Below, piece by piece: positions 1 through 10,143 of a DNA stretch of 41,151 bases (position 1 is its first letter; every line of letters begins with the position of its first letter). The stretch spans positions 1 to 41,151 of the forward strand of contig QIEJ01000185.1 in the NCBI GenBank assembly GCA_003228585.1, read 5' to 3'. The notes under the pieces are model-generated. The model saw only the letters and a program-made list of their open reading frames with translations. It was not told the origin of the DNA and searched no databases. This stretch comes from Pseudomonadota bacterium. Its GTDB lineage: Bacteria > BMS3Abin14. Position numbers and translations under genes: made by a program.

Positions 1-235
1 CCTCCCTGTTTCCCTGAAGATCATTGAGAGTGACTCCCTCCAGAGTAATTGTTGTCAGAAAAGTGTTGTACTCGAGTTCACCGATCTCAAGACCCACACC
101 GAGATGCTTCTCTGCCTGTTGAATCAGAACTCTCCTGATTATCGCCTCCACCTTCGGACTACTGAGAACCTTTACAGCCACCGTAGCGCCGGCAAGAACC
201 AGGATCAGAAAGAAAGCTACTATTCTTCTTTTCAA
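1..235 (-). CDS. N-terminal fragment of a membrane-anchored protein (AsmA/TamB-like?) that runs off the left edge
   Basis: My own minus-strand translation from TTG 235..233, directly after the udg stop: (M)KRRIVAFFLILVLAGATVAVKVLSSPKVEAIIRRVLIQQAEKHLGVGLEIGELEYNTFLTTITLEGVTLNDLQGN. It stays open to position 1. It has a basic n-region and a hydrophobic anchor. It is absent from the ORF track because it is truncated. The family assignment is a weak impression. Confidence 0.4.
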   Translation of the reverse strand, partial: MKRRIVAFFLILVLAGATVAVKVLSSPKVEAIIRRVLIQQAEKHLGVGLEIGELEYNTFLTTITLEGVTLNDLQGNRE

Positions 236-889
236 TCAATCACCCGATTTTCCGGGAAGACCCATGATTTCCATGATCATCTGCATATCCTTCCAGACCT
301 CCTTCTTCGCATGAGGATTACGCAGGAGAAAGGAGGGATGATACGTAGGCATGAGGGGGATGCCGTTGAAGGTGTGGAATCTGCCGCGGAGTTGGGAGAT
401 CCGCGTTTCAGTCATGAGAAGAGTGCGTGCGGCAAAACTTCCGAGAGCGCATATGACCGTCGGTGAGATGATCTCAAGCTGTCTGAGAAGAAGCGGGCTA
501 CAAGCCTGAACCTCCGAGGGAAGAGGATCCCTGTTCCCCGGAGGACGGCATTTGTTTACGTTACAGATGTAAACGTCATTCCGTTCCAGGCCCATTGCTC
601 TGATAATCCGGGTCAACATCTGACCCGCCTTACCGACGAAAGGCTCCCCCTTAAGATCCTCGTCACGTCCCGGCGCCTCGCCAACAAACACCAGGTCGGC
701 TTGCGGATCTCCAACACCAAATACGAGATTTGTCCTGTTATCCCCCAAGGGACATCGGTGACAATCCGAGATGGCTTCCTTCAGGTCATCAAGGGCTCTG
801 CCGGGATCGGGGCCACTGCCGACCGCTTCTCCCCGGGGAAGATAATCCAATCCAATGGATTCCATATATATTCTTCGAAGATCAGACAC
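236..889 (-). CDS. udg: Uracil-DNA glycosylase, family 4
   Basis: 217-aa ORF with CHRCPL (Fe-S Cys), [12 protein letters not shown] (GEAPG motif) and YHPSFLLRN (HPS motif). Confidence 0.9.
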   Translation of the reverse strand: MSDLRRIYMESIGLDYLPRGEAVGSGPDPGRALDDLKEAISDCHRCPLGDNRTNLVFGVGDPQADLVFVGEAPGRDEDLKGEPFVGKAGQMLTRIIRAMGLERNDVYICNVNKCRPPGNRDPLPSEVQACSPLLLRQLEIISPTVICALGSFAARTLLMTETRISQLRGRFHTFNGIPLMPTYHPSFLLRNPHAKKEVWKDMQMIMEIMGLPGKSGD

Positions 890-901
890 AATTCAGAGGT
901 T

Positions 902-2119
902 TTATCCCGATGACTGCCAGATTCCAAGAGCATTATCCAGGATTCTATCAGCGAGCTCCCGTTTGGGAAGGAGGGGAAGGTCGGCCAGGCTACCGTCACG
1001 GCCTATGATCTGGGCCTTGTTATTGTCTGACTGGAACCCTGATCCTTCAAGGGTCACATCGTTGGCAACAATTATATCCAGAGATTTTGATTCCAGCTTG
1101 GCTTTGGCGTTCTCGAGGACGTCCTGAGTCTCGGCGGCAAACCCGACAAAAAGTTTCGTGCCCTTGTGCGGCTTCAATTCCTTCAGTATGTCCAGATTGG
1201 GCGTCAATTCAAGCACGAGCTTTTCCTTACCCTCTTTCTTGATCTTGCTTCCGAGGGGTGCAGCGGGTTTAAAATCGGACACAGCTGCGGACATGATCAA
1301 CCAGTCGCACTGTTCTATTTCAGTCTTTGTGGCCATCAACATCTCCTCTGCGGTGATGACTTCCAAAACGGTTGCGCGATCGGGTTTTTCAAGAGCGGTT
1401 GGTCCCGTGATCAAAACAACCTCCGCGCCCCGCTCGGCAGCAGCCCGGACGAGAGCATACCCCATCTTTCCGCTTGATCGATTAGAGAGGAACCGAACAG
1501 GGTCTATGGTCTCTCTGGTGGGACCCGCGGTCACCAGGACCCTGATTCCTGAAAGATCTCCACTCTGAAGACATCCGGCCGCGGCAGATACGATCAGTTC
1601 AATGTCGGCCATTCTACCGGGACCTTCCTCACCGCATGCAAGCTCTCCATAACCGGGTGATACTGAGATGACGCCCCTTGCCCGGATCTTTTCCAGATTT
1701 TCCTGTACAGCGGAGTGTGACCACATTACGGAGTTCATGGCCGGCACGACGACCTGTGGACAATCGGCAGCCAGTGTAATGGTGGTTACCAGGTCATCGG
1801 CGATACCCAATGCTGATTTTGCAAGGTAATTGGCCGTCGCGGGGGCAACGACCATAATATCCGCCCATCGTGCCCTTTCGATATGGCTGATGGCACGCTC
1901 ATCGCTGAGCGAAAAAAGATCAACACCTACAGGATTGTGAGTGAGTGCCTCCATGGTCAGGGGTGAAATAAAGCGCGTGGCACTTTGAGTCATGACAACA
2001 GAAACCTGGGCACCGTGGCGAATAAAGCTCCTTGCCAACTCAGCACTTTTGTAGGCCCCGATCCCACCTGTAATACCGAGAAGTATCCTTCTGCCTCTGA
2101 GCACGGTTAAGTCAGACAT
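902..2119 (-). CDS. coaBC: Bifunctional phosphopantothenoylcysteine decarboxylase / phosphopantothenate-cysteine ligase
   Basis: 405 aa. N-terminal flavoprotein fold (ILLGITGGIGAYK) and C-terminal ligase motif (VTAGPTRETIDPVRFLSNRSSGKMG). Confidence 0.92.
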   Translation of the reverse strand: MSDLTVLRGRRILLGITGGIGAYKSAELARSFIRHGAQVSVVMTQSATRFISPLTMEALTHNPVGVDLFSLSDERAISHIERARWADIMVVAPATANYLAKSALGIADDLVTTITLAADCPQVVVPAMNSVMWSHSAVQENLEKIRARGVISVSPGYGELACGEEGPGRMADIELIVSAAAGCLQSGDLSGIRVLVTAGPTRETIDPVRFLSNRSSGKMGYALVRAAAERGAEVVLITGPTALEKPDRATVLEVITAEEMLMATKTEIEQCDWLIMSAAVSDFKPAAPLGSKIKKEGKEKLVLELTPNLDILKELKPHKGTKLFVGFAAETQDVLENAKAKLESKSLDIIVANDVTLEGSGFQSDNNKAQIIGRDGSLADLPLLPKRELADRILDNALGIWQSSG

Positions 2120-2150
2120 CGCGCACCTCGTTTCGGGCCTGAAGGCCCTT

Positions 2151-2182
2151 GTTCAAAATTCCAGATTCCAGATTTCCAATCA
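2151..2182 (-). repeat. Heptanucleotide tandem array in the coaBC 5' leader
   Basis: Coding-strand reading TTGGAAAT CTGGAAT CTGGAAT TTTGAAC, about 30 nt upstream of the coaBC ATG. A GGGCC-TGAA-GGCCC hairpin (2135..2148) lies between the array and the RBS. Confidence 0.6.
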
Positions 2183-2197
2183 TAAGGGTAAGCGCAG

Positions 2198-2367
2198 GTC
2201 ATTGCGAGGAGGCCAGTAAATTGTGGCCGACGTGGCAATCTCGGGGAGCAAAACCAGCGACCACAGCAGTCTCATCACACTGAGATCGCTTCGCCTGCCA
2301 GTCAGCTCGCGATGACAATCGCCTACCCCCGCCATTTCGCCTCCGCGCCCATGCGCCTAATCTCCCC
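2198..2367. repeat. Family-A palindromic intergenic element, copy 1 (REP/MITE-like)
   Basis: Starts gtcattgcgagg and ends ctcgcgatgacaatcgc; the two halves are imperfect reverse complements. It is followed by a conserved tail tttcgcctccgcgcccatgcgcctaatctcccc. It aligns along its length with copies at 3111..3270 and 26967..27081. Confidence 0.8.
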
Positions 2368-2398
2368 ATCGAATCTCCTGACACCTGAAACCTGATAA

Positions 2399-3022
2399 TC
2401 ATTCCTGCAAAAACGGATTCATCTGCTTTTCGCGGCCTACAGTAGTGGCAGGCCCATGCCCCGGGTAAACGGGTGTATCATCCGGCAGAGAGAGAATCTT
2501 TTCCTTTATTGAGTGAATAAGTCTCTCGTAATCTCCGCCCGGAAGGTCAGTACGGCCTATTGATCCCGCAAAAAGGGTGTCGCCGGGGAAAATGCCTATG
2601 GATGTCCTGTATGCCGCGCCCCCGAGGCTGTGTCCGGGCGTCGAAAGGACGGTGATTACCTCCTTGCCGACATTAACAGTGTCACCGTCATCCAGAAGGC
2701 GATCCGGCGGTGGAGAATCTTTGACCTCAAGACCATACATACGCGCCTGGTTGGCAGCCTGGCCCAGCATGGGGGCATCCAGTCGAGGAACCATCAGAGG
2801 CGCACCGGTTCCCTTGACCACCTCATCGCTGGCAGCCGTGTGGTCGAAGTGAGTATGTGTTATCAGGACCGCCACTGTCTTCCAGGGCTTCTCCCTGAGT
2901 TTTTCCAGTATCATTGCACCATCTCCCCCCGGATCTATAACCGCCGCTTCTCCGGTTTGTTCATCTCCAATTATAAAACAGTTTGACTGTAGAGGCCCGA
3001 CTATAAGATGTTCCAGAATCAT
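2399..3022 (-). CDS. MBL-fold metallo-hydrolase (glyoxalase II-like)
   Basis: 207 aa with the HxHxDH motif (ITHTHFDHTAA) and a later GHSLGG. Confidence 0.8.
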   Translation of the reverse strand: MILEHLIVGPLQSNCFIIGDEQTGEAAVIDPGGDGAMILEKLREKPWKTVAVLITHTHFDHTAASDEVVKGTGAPLMVPRLDAPMLGQAANQARMYGLEVKDSPPPDRLLDDGDTVNVGKEVITVLSTPGHSLGGAAYRTSIGIFPGDTLFAGSIGRTDLPGGDYERLIHSIKEKILSLPDDTPVYPGHGPATTVGREKQMNPFLQE

Positions 3023-3035
3023 AGTTTTTTTCCTT

Positions 3036-3084
3036 GTGTTGTGTGTTCGAGGTTAAATGTTCAAGGTTCAAAATTCCAGATTTT
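3036..3084 (-). repeat. Heptanucleotide tandem array (7 units) in the MBL hydrolase 5' leader
   Basis: Plus-strand units gtgttgt|gtgttcg|aggttaa|atgttca|aggttca|aaattcc|agatttt with strict 7-nt phase, 14 nt upstream of ATG 3022. Confidence 0.65.
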
Positions 3085-3110
3085 ATACTCCAAAACAAAA
3101 TCAAGCGCCT

Positions 3111-3270
3111 GTCATTGCGAGGAATGACAAAGGAGTGACGTGGCAATCCCGTGGAGCACAGCGACTGAGGCAGTCTCATCTTACCGAGATCGCTTCGCCA
3201 ACCAGTCAGCTCGCGATGACAATCGCTTACCTCCGTCCTTTCGCCCCCTCGCCCATGCGCCCACTCTCCC
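3111..3270. repeat. Family-A palindromic intergenic element, copy 2
   Basis: gtcattgcgaggaatgacaaaggagtgacgtggcaatccc...gagatcgcttcgccaaccagtcagctcgcgatgacaatcgc plus tail tttcgccccctcgcccatgcgcccactctccc. Same orientation as copy 1. Confidence 0.8.
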
Positions 3271-3315
3271 TCTCACCGCGTCTCCCTTTCCCCTTTCCAC
3301 TAGATCCTCCTGAAT

Positions 3316-3756
3316 TCACTTCGACTCCAGGAGGATCGTGACCGGCCCGTCATTTGCCAGAGTCACCTTCATGTCCGTCTGAAAGATACCTGCACAGGTT
3401 ATGACACCGTTTTCCTTCAGTCGTTCAATGAAAAGATCATACATCTCTCTGGCCCTCCGGGCCGGTGCGGCCCGGGAAAACCCGGGCCGGTTTCCGCTGG
3501 AGCTGTCGGCAAGGAGAGTGAATTGGGAAACTACCAACGCCTCGCCTTCCGTGTCCAGCAGGGAGCGATTCATCTTGCCGTCTTCATCCTCGAAGATCCT
3601 CAGGGCGGACACCTTGTATGCCAGATAGTCCACCTCCTCGGGGCCATCCTCCTTGTCCACGCCGAGAAAAACCAGCAATCCCGGGCCTATTGCTGAAACC
3701 TGAATGTCCTCCACCTCAACCTTTGACCATAGGACACGTTGTACCAGCGCTCTCAA
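3316..3756 (-). CDS. dtd: D-aminoacyl-tRNA deacylase
   Basis: 146 aa: MRALVQRV..., SQFTLLAD, NDGPVT. Its ATGA start overlaps the ogt stop by 4 nt. Confidence 0.9.
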   Translation of the reverse strand: MRALVQRVLWSKVEVEDIQVSAIGPGLLVFLGVDKEDGPEEVDYLAYKVSALRIFEDEDGKMNRSLLDTEGEALVVSQFTLLADSSSGNRPGFSRAAPARRAREMYDLFIERLKENGVITCAGIFQTDMKVTLANDGPVTILLESK

Positions 3757-4211
3757 AGAGACACACCCTCTTGTTCCAACAACCAGCGCTTTAACCGCAG
3801 GCCCGAACCGAAACCACCCAAAGCGCCTCCCCGTGCCACTACCCGATGACAGGGTATAAGAAGGGGGAACCGATTGGACCCCATTGCCTGCCCAACGGCC
3901 CTCGCCCCACCTATCCTGTCCAGCTTCCCGGCCAGGTCTCCGTATGTCATCACAGTACCGAATGGGATCTGCCTGGCAACTGTCCAGGCTGAACGGGAAA
4001 AGGGAGAAGCAAAAGAAAGATCAAGAAAGTGGTCCAGGGGTTCCGGATTGCCCTTCAGGTAACTGTCCAGATCCCCGGCCAGAGCCGATGAAGAGGGAGA
4101 TTCAGGTGTTCGACCATCCAGATCGAAGGATATCCCCAGAAGTGATCCGGGCTCATCGTAATGTACAACGACCAGACCGAGGGGAAATCTTACAGTAAAA
4201 TACCCGGGCAT
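3753..4211 (-). CDS. ogt: Methylated-DNA-protein-cysteine methyltransferase
   Basis: Active site IPCHRVV. I chose the start at ATG 4211 (MPGYFTVRF), 2 nt after the murJ stop. The longer ORF-track version (to 4364) would overlap murJ by 151 nt. Confidence 0.8.
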   Translation of the reverse strand: MPGYFTVRFPLGLVVVHYDEPGSLLGISFDLDGRTPESPSSSALAGDLDSYLKGNPEPLDHFLDLSFASPFSRSAWTVARQIPFGTVMTYGDLAGKLDRIGGARAVGQAMGSNRFPLLIPCHRVVARGGALGGFGSGLRLKRWLLEQEGVSL

Positions 4212-4213
4212 CC

Positions 4214-5809
4214 CTATCTGCGCTTTCTGCCGAGCAGCCTTTCCCTGACCATTCCCATCCCATCGCAGCCGAGTATTAAAGCCGCCAGTGAGTATACAAT
4301 AATCCCCAGGAGCACACAACCGATGAGCCCAAGAACACCCGTGGTCACTCCCAGGCCAGGCCATGTAACTTTTGCCGCTGCCCAGGTCACAACTGCCGAC
4401 ATCACGATGGCGGAAACCAGAGATTTCACTATCTCACCTGTCAATCTCCTACCCGCCCAACTGCCGTCGACACGCCCTGAGAATACAGCCGCCAGGATAC
4501 CGAAATTGAGAACTGAAGAGAGAGATGTCGCCAACGCAAGCCCGGAGTGGAGCATGGGGCCCATGAGAAGCAGGTTGAGAACGACGTTGGCCACCATAGC
4601 CGCAGCGGCGGCGGCGAACGGGATACGGGTGTCCTCCATGGCAAAAAAAGCTCGGCCGAGTATCTTGACGGCTATGAAAAACGGCAGGCCTATAGAGTAG
4701 TAGAGAAGAGCTGATGCCGCGCCGTACACATCATGAACACCAAATGCCCCCCTGCCGAAAAGTGTGGCGATAATGGGTTCCCTCAGGGCTATGAGGCCGA
4801 GCGCTGCAGGAATTCCGATAAAAGCCGTTAATCTGAGAGAGAGGGAAACCGTCTGTGTGAAATCGCTGGTCCGACCTTCCGAATACTGGGTGGAAAGGGT
4901 GGGCAGTGCAGCTGTTGCCAGAGCAATACCGAAAACACCAAGAGGAAACTGCATCATGCGGTTTCCATACCACAGGTAAGTGATGCTCCCGGTGGGAAGA
5001 AAAGAAGCGAGAAGTGTGTCCACCAGCATATTGACCTGATAGACAGCGACCCCCAGAGCCGCAGGTCCCATCATAACCGCCACTCGTCTGACACCTGGAG
5101 ACGCTACACCTCCGCTGAATCGCGGCATCACACCCCTGTTTCGGAGGGGTGGACATTGGATGAGAACCTGCAACGTACCTCCAGCCAGAACCCCCCAGGC
5201 TACACCTAGAATGGGGTTGTCAAGCCTCGGCGAAATCAGGAGTGCAAAGGATATAATACTGACGTTGAGCATGGCGGGGGCCACCGCCGGTGTAAGAAAA
5301 TGCCTGTGCGCATTGAGAATCCCCATACCCAGTGCTGCGGCACAGATCAACAGCATGTATGGTGAAAGCCAGCGTGTCAGGACGACCGTCTGGCTGAAAA
5401 CCTCACTGTCAGGTGCAAAACCCCATGCTACAAATCTGACGACCAGTGGGGCAAAGAGAACAAATGCAATGGACAGGACTGCCAAAACAGCCACAAGAAG
5501 TGTGAACAGCCCGTCTGCGAACCTGGATGCTTCTTCTGCTCCGTCTTTTTCAAGGATATCCGAATAGACGGGGACAAAGGACGCTGCCAGCGCCCCTTCT
5601 CCGAAAAGCTGTCTCATAAGATTAGGGATCCGGAAGGCAACATAAAAAGCGTCAGCCGTAAGTGTAGCACCGAACAGGTAGGCCATAACCGCATCACGAA
5701 CGAGACCTAGAACTCGACTGACGAAGGTGGCGCCTCCGACTACACCGGCAGCTTTTATGATTCCCTTATTTTCTCTTTCCGATTGTCCCTGGCTGTTCAT
5801 CTCACTCAA
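4214..5809 (-). CDS. murJ: Lipid II flippase MurJ (MviN family)
   Basis: 531-aa polytopic membrane protein with a MurJ-like N-terminus: VSRVLGLVRDAVMAYLFGATLTADAFYVAFRIPNLMRQLFGEGAL. Confidence 0.85.
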   Translation of the reverse strand: MSEMNSQGQSERENKGIIKAAGVVGGATFVSRVLGLVRDAVMAYLFGATLTADAFYVAFRIPNLMRQLFGEGALAASFVPVYSDILEKDGAEEASRFADGLFTLLVAVLAVLSIAFVLFAPLVVRFVAWGFAPDSEVFSQTVVLTRWLSPYMLLICAAALGMGILNAHRHFLTPAVAPAMLNVSIISFALLISPRLDNPILGVAWGVLAGGTLQVLIQCPPLRNRGVMPRFSGGVASPGVRRVAVMMGPAALGVAVYQVNMLVDTLLASFLPTGSITYLWYGNRMMQFPLGVFGIALATAALPTLSTQYSEGRTSDFTQTVSLSLRLTAFIGIPAALGLIALREPIIATLFGRGAFGVHDVYGAASALLYYSIGLPFFIAVKILGRAFFAMEDTRIPFAAAAAAMVANVVLNLLLMGPMLHSGLALATSLSSVLNFGILAAVFSGRVDGSWAGRRLTGEIVKSLVSAIVMSAVVTWAAAKVTWPGLGVTTGVLGLIGCVLLGIIVYSLAALILGCDGMGMVRERLLGRKRR

Positions 5810-5822
5810 CCTAAGAAAACAT

Positions 5823-5852
5823 TTGACAATTCCCGCGAAATCGGGTTAATAG
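5823..5852 (+). promoter_or_regulatory. Candidate sigma70-type promoter for rpsT
   Basis: Perfect TTGACA at 5823..5828, a 17-18 nt spacer, then TTAATAG (weak -10), about 100 nt upstream of rpsT in the murJ/rpsT divergent gap. Pattern match only. Confidence 0.35.
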
Positions 5853-5954
5853 CACTGTTTCGTTCCCGTTTCCGTTTTATTTTAGATACTGTCCAGGTAC
5901 TGTTGGATACCGGCCCTTCTTATTATTAACGATACCGAATTGGGAGGAGCACAA

Positions 5955-6254
5955 TTGGCGACACACAAATCGGCCATCAAAAGGCACAAACAGAGCCTTA
6001 AACGAAGACTCAACAACCAGGTAAGGCGAACCAGGATCAAGAACCTCACCAAGGATCTCATCAGTGCCGTAGACGCCGGGGACCGCGAATCCGCTGAAAA
6101 ATTACTCAGGGAAGCCATCCCGGTAATCCAGAAAGCGGCCGCCAACAAAACCATCCACCGGAATTCCGCTTCCAGAAAGATTTCCCGTCTGACACGCCGG
6201 TTCAACACCCTGCAGCCGGCACCCGCAGAGCAACCAGACCAGCTAGACCAGTAA
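5955..6254 (+). CDS. rpsT: 30S ribosomal protein S20
   Basis: (M)ATHKSAIKRHKQSLKRRLNNQ... I preferred the TTG start at 5955 because a GGGAGGAG RBS lies 5-12 nt upstream; E. coli rpsT also uses UUG. The 3' end overlaps the convergent holA by 12 nt. Confidence 0.85.
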   Translation: MATHKSAIKRHKQSLKRRLNNQVRRTRIKNLTKDLISAVDAGDRESAEKLLREAIPVIQKAAANKTIHRNSASRKISRLTRRFNTLQPAPAEQPDQLDQ

Positions 6255-7190
6255 ATCCAGAAGGAGCTTGTCCATAACTACAGCTTCAGGAATGGGGCTG
6301 GTTTTCAGAAGCCTGTCGGTTGCGGACAACCTTTCCAGATCATACTCAAGATCCCTGTTTTTTGCGCGCACCAATTGGCGGGTAAACTTTTCCTGCAGTT
6401 TCGGGTAGCGAATTCCCAACCTGGCTGCGGCATCACCGGGGGTCATTCCAGATTTTATAAGGGCACCCGCTCTGATGAGTTGGCGGTAATGACGCGCCAT
6501 CATATGAACCAGCTGCTCTGGACGTGTACCCGATTCCATCAGTCTCTTGAGACATATCATGGCATGTGGCCCATCTCCGTCACCGATGGCATCCAGTAGA
6601 GAAAAAACCGTTTCAACCCCCCCCGGCAAAGACGCATCCAGATCTGCCTCTTCGATAACATCCCTTTCACCAGCGTGAAGCACCAGCTTTTCGACCTCGG
6701 TTGACAGTGAGGAAAGACTGGAGCCGGCGATCATCACCAGCATCCGGGCAAGATCATGATCAATTCTCTTCCCGGATTCATGAAATCTTTTGACAACCCA
6801 TCCAGCAAGAGCGTTATCATGCGGTCTCTTCAGTTCTGAAGCGCGGGAATGCCTGGAGAGGGCCTTGAAGGCAGGGTCCTTCCGTTTAAGTTCACTTGAG
6901 GTCATGACAAGACAGGATTGCGGATTGGGGTCTTTCAGATAATCGAGGAGCTTCTTCCAGTCGGATAACTTCTGGATCTCCCTGATCTCCAGCATTCGCC
7001 GATCTGCCAGGAACGGAATGGTCTGGAGAAACTCGAGAACGGTACCGATCTCAGCGTCCCATCCGTAAAGAGCCAGGTAGTTAAGGTCCCTGTTCTCGGG
7101 TGGGATCGCCCGGTCCCTGAGATCAGCAACCGCTTCATTCAGGAGCAGAGGTTCCGAGGATATAAACAGGTAAGCCGGATCAACCGTCAA
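6243..7190 (-). CDS. holA: DNA polymerase III delta subunit
   Basis: 315 aa, placed in the conserved leuS-lptE-holA arrangement, 4-nt overlap with lptE. The family call rests on synteny and general resemblance. Confidence 0.65.
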   Translation of the reverse strand: MTVDPAYLFISSEPLLLNEAVADLRDRAIPPENRDLNYLALYGWDAEIGTVLEFLQTIPFLADRRMLEIREIQKLSDWKKLLDYLKDPNPQSCLVMTSSELKRKDPAFKALSRHSRASELKRPHDNALAGWVVKRFHESGKRIDHDLARMLVMIAGSSLSSLSTEVEKLVLHAGERDVIEEADLDASLPGGVETVFSLLDAIGDGDGPHAMICLKRLMESGTRPEQLVHMMARHYRQLIRAGALIKSGMTPGDAAARLGIRYPKLQEKFTRQLVRAKNRDLEYDLERLSATDRLLKTSPIPEAVVMDKLLLDLLV

Positions 7191-7663
7191 GGAGCCTCCT
7201 CGAGGTGATCCGCAAGGAATCTGGCAGCATCTTCAGCCAACAACCTGACGGCTGCCCGACGGTTCCAGTCCAGCACATTCATGTCCTGTGTCCACAGGTA
7301 GGTTCTCGAAACGTCACCCCTGCTGACCGAATCAGCACCTTCAGGTATCCCGGAGATTCTCCACTCAAAAGTCATTGAGATACGTTCTCGAACAGGCTCC
7401 CCGGAAGATGCAACGGATCCGACCCTCTCGCTGAAACCGGTTATAACGAGGTCTATGTCCCGGGGTCCACCGTCCCTGCGCAAACCAGCCACCTTCGCCA
7501 GGGCCTCTTCCATAGCCTCCGTCAGGAATGGTTCCTCTGTGACATTCCTCAGTTCACCCAGGGAAAAATCCTTCCCACTGAAAGGGCGGACTGCCCGGTA
7601 CCCACACTGCGACACCAGGAGGGCACAGAGAAATATTGCAAGGGGCAGGGACAGACTTCTCAC
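7187..7663 (-). CDS. lptE: LPS-assembly lipoprotein LptE-like
   Basis: 158 aa with a lipoprotein signal peptide [20 protein letters not shown] (lipobox LVSQC). It sits between leuS and holA with 4-nt overlaps on both sides. Confidence 0.55.
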   Translation of the reverse strand: MRSLSLPLAIFLCALLVSQCGYRAVRPFSGKDFSLGELRNVTEEPFLTEAMEEALAKVAGLRRDGGPRDIDLVITGFSERVGSVASSGEPVRERISMTFEWRISGIPEGADSVSRGDVSRTYLWTQDMNVLDWNRRAAVRLLAEDAARFLADHLEEAP

Positions 7664-10143
7664 TTGATCACCAGTGAAACCAGCTTGCCGGGCACCACCA
7701 CCGACTTGACCAGTTCCTTTCCTTTCAGCAACTCTATGATTTTAGGGTTCTCCATGGCTCTTCGCTCAAGATCTTCCCCGGACGAATCGGGAAGTGCCTC
7801 AAAACGTGCTCTTACCTTGCCATTGATCTGCACTACGATCTGGACAGTTCGGCTCACGGCGAGAGCGGGATCATATGGCGGCCAGGGTTGAACGGAAACA
7901 CTGTATGACCCTCCCGTTAATTCCCACAGTTCCTCTGCCATGTGTGGCGCAAAAGGGGCGAGAAGCAGGATAACCGTCCTTAAACCTTCAGCCATTGCCC
8001 ATCGATCCCCCGGCTGTAATTCACCACCATCTGAGGAAAACCGCTGCAGCTCATTTACCAACTCCATAATAGCGCTAATGGCAGTGTTGAACTGGAATCG
8101 GTTCCTGATATCCTCTGTCACTTTTTTGATAGTTTTATGGGCTGCGTGAACAAGAGAGAGGGATCCATCCGGCAGTTCATCAGGACGATCCTCGGGTTTA
8201 TCAAACAGGTGACTGTTCTTACAGACAAGTCTGTATACCCTGTTGAGGAACCTGAACGATCCCTCTACCCCATGATCGTTCCAGTCCAGTTCTTTTTCCG
8301 GAGGAGAGGCAAAGAGGATGAACATCCGGGCTGTATCCGCTCCGTATTTATCCATCATTTCCTCAGCCGGAATCACGTTTCCCATGGATTTAGACATCTT
8401 TGCCCCGTCTTTGATGACCATTCCCTGGGTAAGCAAACGGGAAAACGGCTCCCCGACATCCGTCAATCCAAGATCCCGCAGCCCCTTCGTAAAAAACCTC
8501 GCGTAAAGGAGATGAAGGATGGCGTGCTCGATCCCCCCTATATACTGGTCCACCGGCATCCAGTAGGCAGCCTTTTCAGGATCAAAGGGGGCCTGTTCAT
8601 AGGCTGGATCCGTATATCTGAAAAAGTAATGAGACGAATCGATGAAGGTGTCCATGGTGTCTGTTTCGCGCCTGGCATGGCCGGAACATCCCGGACATGT
8701 CGTCTGACCAAAAGAGGAAGAGGCCGCGAGGGGATTTCCCTCACCGGTAAATGTAACGTCGTCGGGCAGGAGCACAGGAAGATCCTCCTCGGGTACAGGA
8801 ACAGTGCCACACGTCTCACAGTAGACGACAGGAATAGGTGTGCCCCAGTACCGCTGCCGGGAGATGAGCCAGTCACGGAGTCGATAGCTTATAGATGCCT
8901 GTCCCCATCCATTCTCCTCCAGGTAGCCGACAAAATCAGACATGGCCTCACGGTTATTCCTTCCATCGAAAGGCCCGGAATTAACCATGGTGCCGTCATC
9001 GACATAGGCCTGCTCCATGGTTTCAGCCTTAATGGAACGTGCGTCATCCTCAATAACGACCCTGACGGGCAGACCGTATTTCCCGGCAAATTCAAAATCC
9101 CGCTGATCGTGCGCCGGAACTCCCATTACAGCACCGGTTCCATACTCCATCATCACATAGTCGGCTACCAGAATAGGGAATCTTTCACCTGTCACCGGAT
9201 TGATGAAACAGCGCCCGGTGTCGATCCCTTCCTTCTCCCTTGTCTCATCAGTCCTTTCGATGGTGGACTTTCCTTTAACCCTCTCTGAGAACTGACGGAC
9301 CGGTTCCTCCCTGTCGGTTCCACGCACCAGTTCCCCGACCAGTGGGTGCTCAGCCGCCAGAACCATATATGTGATACCGAAAACCGTATCCGGGCGGGTC
9401 GTAAATGTTGAGATAACCGTTTCAGACCCGACCAGGGGAAAATGTATCTCGGCGCCCTCACTTCTACCGATCCAGTTTCTCTGCATGATTTTGACTCTCT
9501 CCGGCCAGTCCTCCAACCGGTCGAGATCCTGCACGAGTTCGTCGGCGTAGGCAGTGATCCTGAAAAACCACTGTTCCAGGTCCTTCTGCTGAACGTTGCT
9601 GCCACATCTCCAACACCCGCCGTTCTCAACCTGCTCGTTTGCAAGCACAGTGGAACAGGAGGGGCACCAGTTGACCGGCGCTGCATTGCGGTAAGCCAAC
9701 CCCTTTTTCAGAAATTGGAGAAAAACCCATTGGTTCCAGTGATAATATTCCGGCTCGCAGGTGGCCAGAGTCCTGTCCCAGTCATAGGAAAGCCCCATCC
9801 GCTTCTGAACACATTTCATCTTCTCAATGGACTGCCGGGTCCATTGGGCAGGATCTACCTTGCGTGTTATGGCGGCGTTTTCCGCGGGCAGGCCAAAAGC
9901 ATCATATCCCATTGGATAGAGTACATTGTATCCCACCATGCGAAGAAAGCGGGTGTACGCATCCCCGATGGCGTAATTACGCATGTGTCCCATGTGCAGG
10001 TCACCCGAGGGGTATGGAAACATCTCAAGACAGTAGAATTTTTCCCTGTCGGGATCCTCGACAGACCTGTAAATGCCTGATTCCTCCCAGCGTTTCTGCC
10101 ATTTCGGCTCAATTTCGCGAGGAAGATATTTCGATGTCGTCAT
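7660..10143 (-). CDS. leuS: Leucine-tRNA ligase
   Basis: 827 aa with a HIGH-type motif ([15 protein letters not shown]) and KMSKS ([10 protein letters not shown]). Confidence 0.97.
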   Translation of the reverse strand: MTTSKYLPREIEPKWQKRWEESGIYRSVEDPDREKFYCLEMFPYPSGDLHMGHMRNYAIGDAYTRFLRMVGYNVLYPMGYDAFGLPAENAAITRKVDPAQWTRQSIEKMKCVQKRMGLSYDWDRTLATCEPEYYHWNQWVFLQFLKKGLAYRNAAPVNWCPSCSTVLANEQVENGGCWRCGSNVQQKDLEQWFFRITAYADELVQDLDRLEDWPERVKIMQRNWIGRSEGAEIHFPLVGSETVISTFTTRPDTVFGITYMVLAAEHPLVGELVRGTDREEPVRQFSERVKGKSTIERTDETREKEGIDTGRCFINPVTGERFPILVADYVMMEYGTGAVMGVPAHDQRDFEFAGKYGLPVRVVIEDDARSIKAETMEQAYVDDGTMVNSGPFDGRNNREAMSDFVGYLEENGWGQASISYRLRDWLISRQRYWGTPIPVVYCETCGTVPVPEEDLPVLLPDDVTFTGEGNPLAASSSFGQTTCPGCSGHARRETDTMDTFIDSSHYFFRYTDPAYEQAPFDPEKAAYWMPVDQYIGGIEHAILHLLYARFFTKGLRDLGLTDVGEPFSRLLTQGMVIKDGAKMSKSMGNVIPAEEMMDKYGADTARMFILFASPPEKELDWNDHGVEGSFRFLNRVYRLVCKNSHLFDKPEDRPDELPDGSLSLVHAAHKTIKKVTEDIRNRFQFNTAISAIMELVNELQRFSSDGGELQPGDRWAMAEGLRTVILLLAPFAPHMAEELWELTGGSYSVSVQPWPPYDPALAVSRTVQIVVQINGKVRARFEALPDSSGEDLERRAMENPKIIELLKGKELVKSVVVPGKLVSLVIK

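Noticed and set aside
104-466. A 120-aa plus-strand ORF at the left end.
   Set aside because: It is antisense to udg and to the truncated membrane-protein gene, and it has no recognisable motifs.
2199-3341. Small ORFs across the repeat elements: 2199..2402, 2961..3179, 3057..3341, and similarly 20334..20649, 26919..27198 and 40617..40935.
   Set aside because: They are translations of families A and B and the heptad arrays on both strands (peptides such as VIARNDKGVTWQSR and FKVSSFKSGQ). They have no RBS and no coding-like composition.
4212-4364. The N-terminal extension of the ogt ORF (203-aa version).
   Set aside because: It would overlap murJ by 151 nt. The extension has no MGMT similarity, and ATG 4211 sits 2 nt after the murJ stop.
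8137-9288. A 383-aa plus-strand ORF, with further long plus-strand ORFs at 9442..10080, 15050..15826, 12095..12709, 31080..31784, 16527..17102 and 25455..26084.
   Set aside because: All lie antisense inside strongly supported minus-strand genes (leuS, the HEAT gene, cheB, corC, cheW, ribBA). Their translations are low-complexity and Arg/Ser/Pro-rich with no recognisable motifs. They are shadow ORFs.
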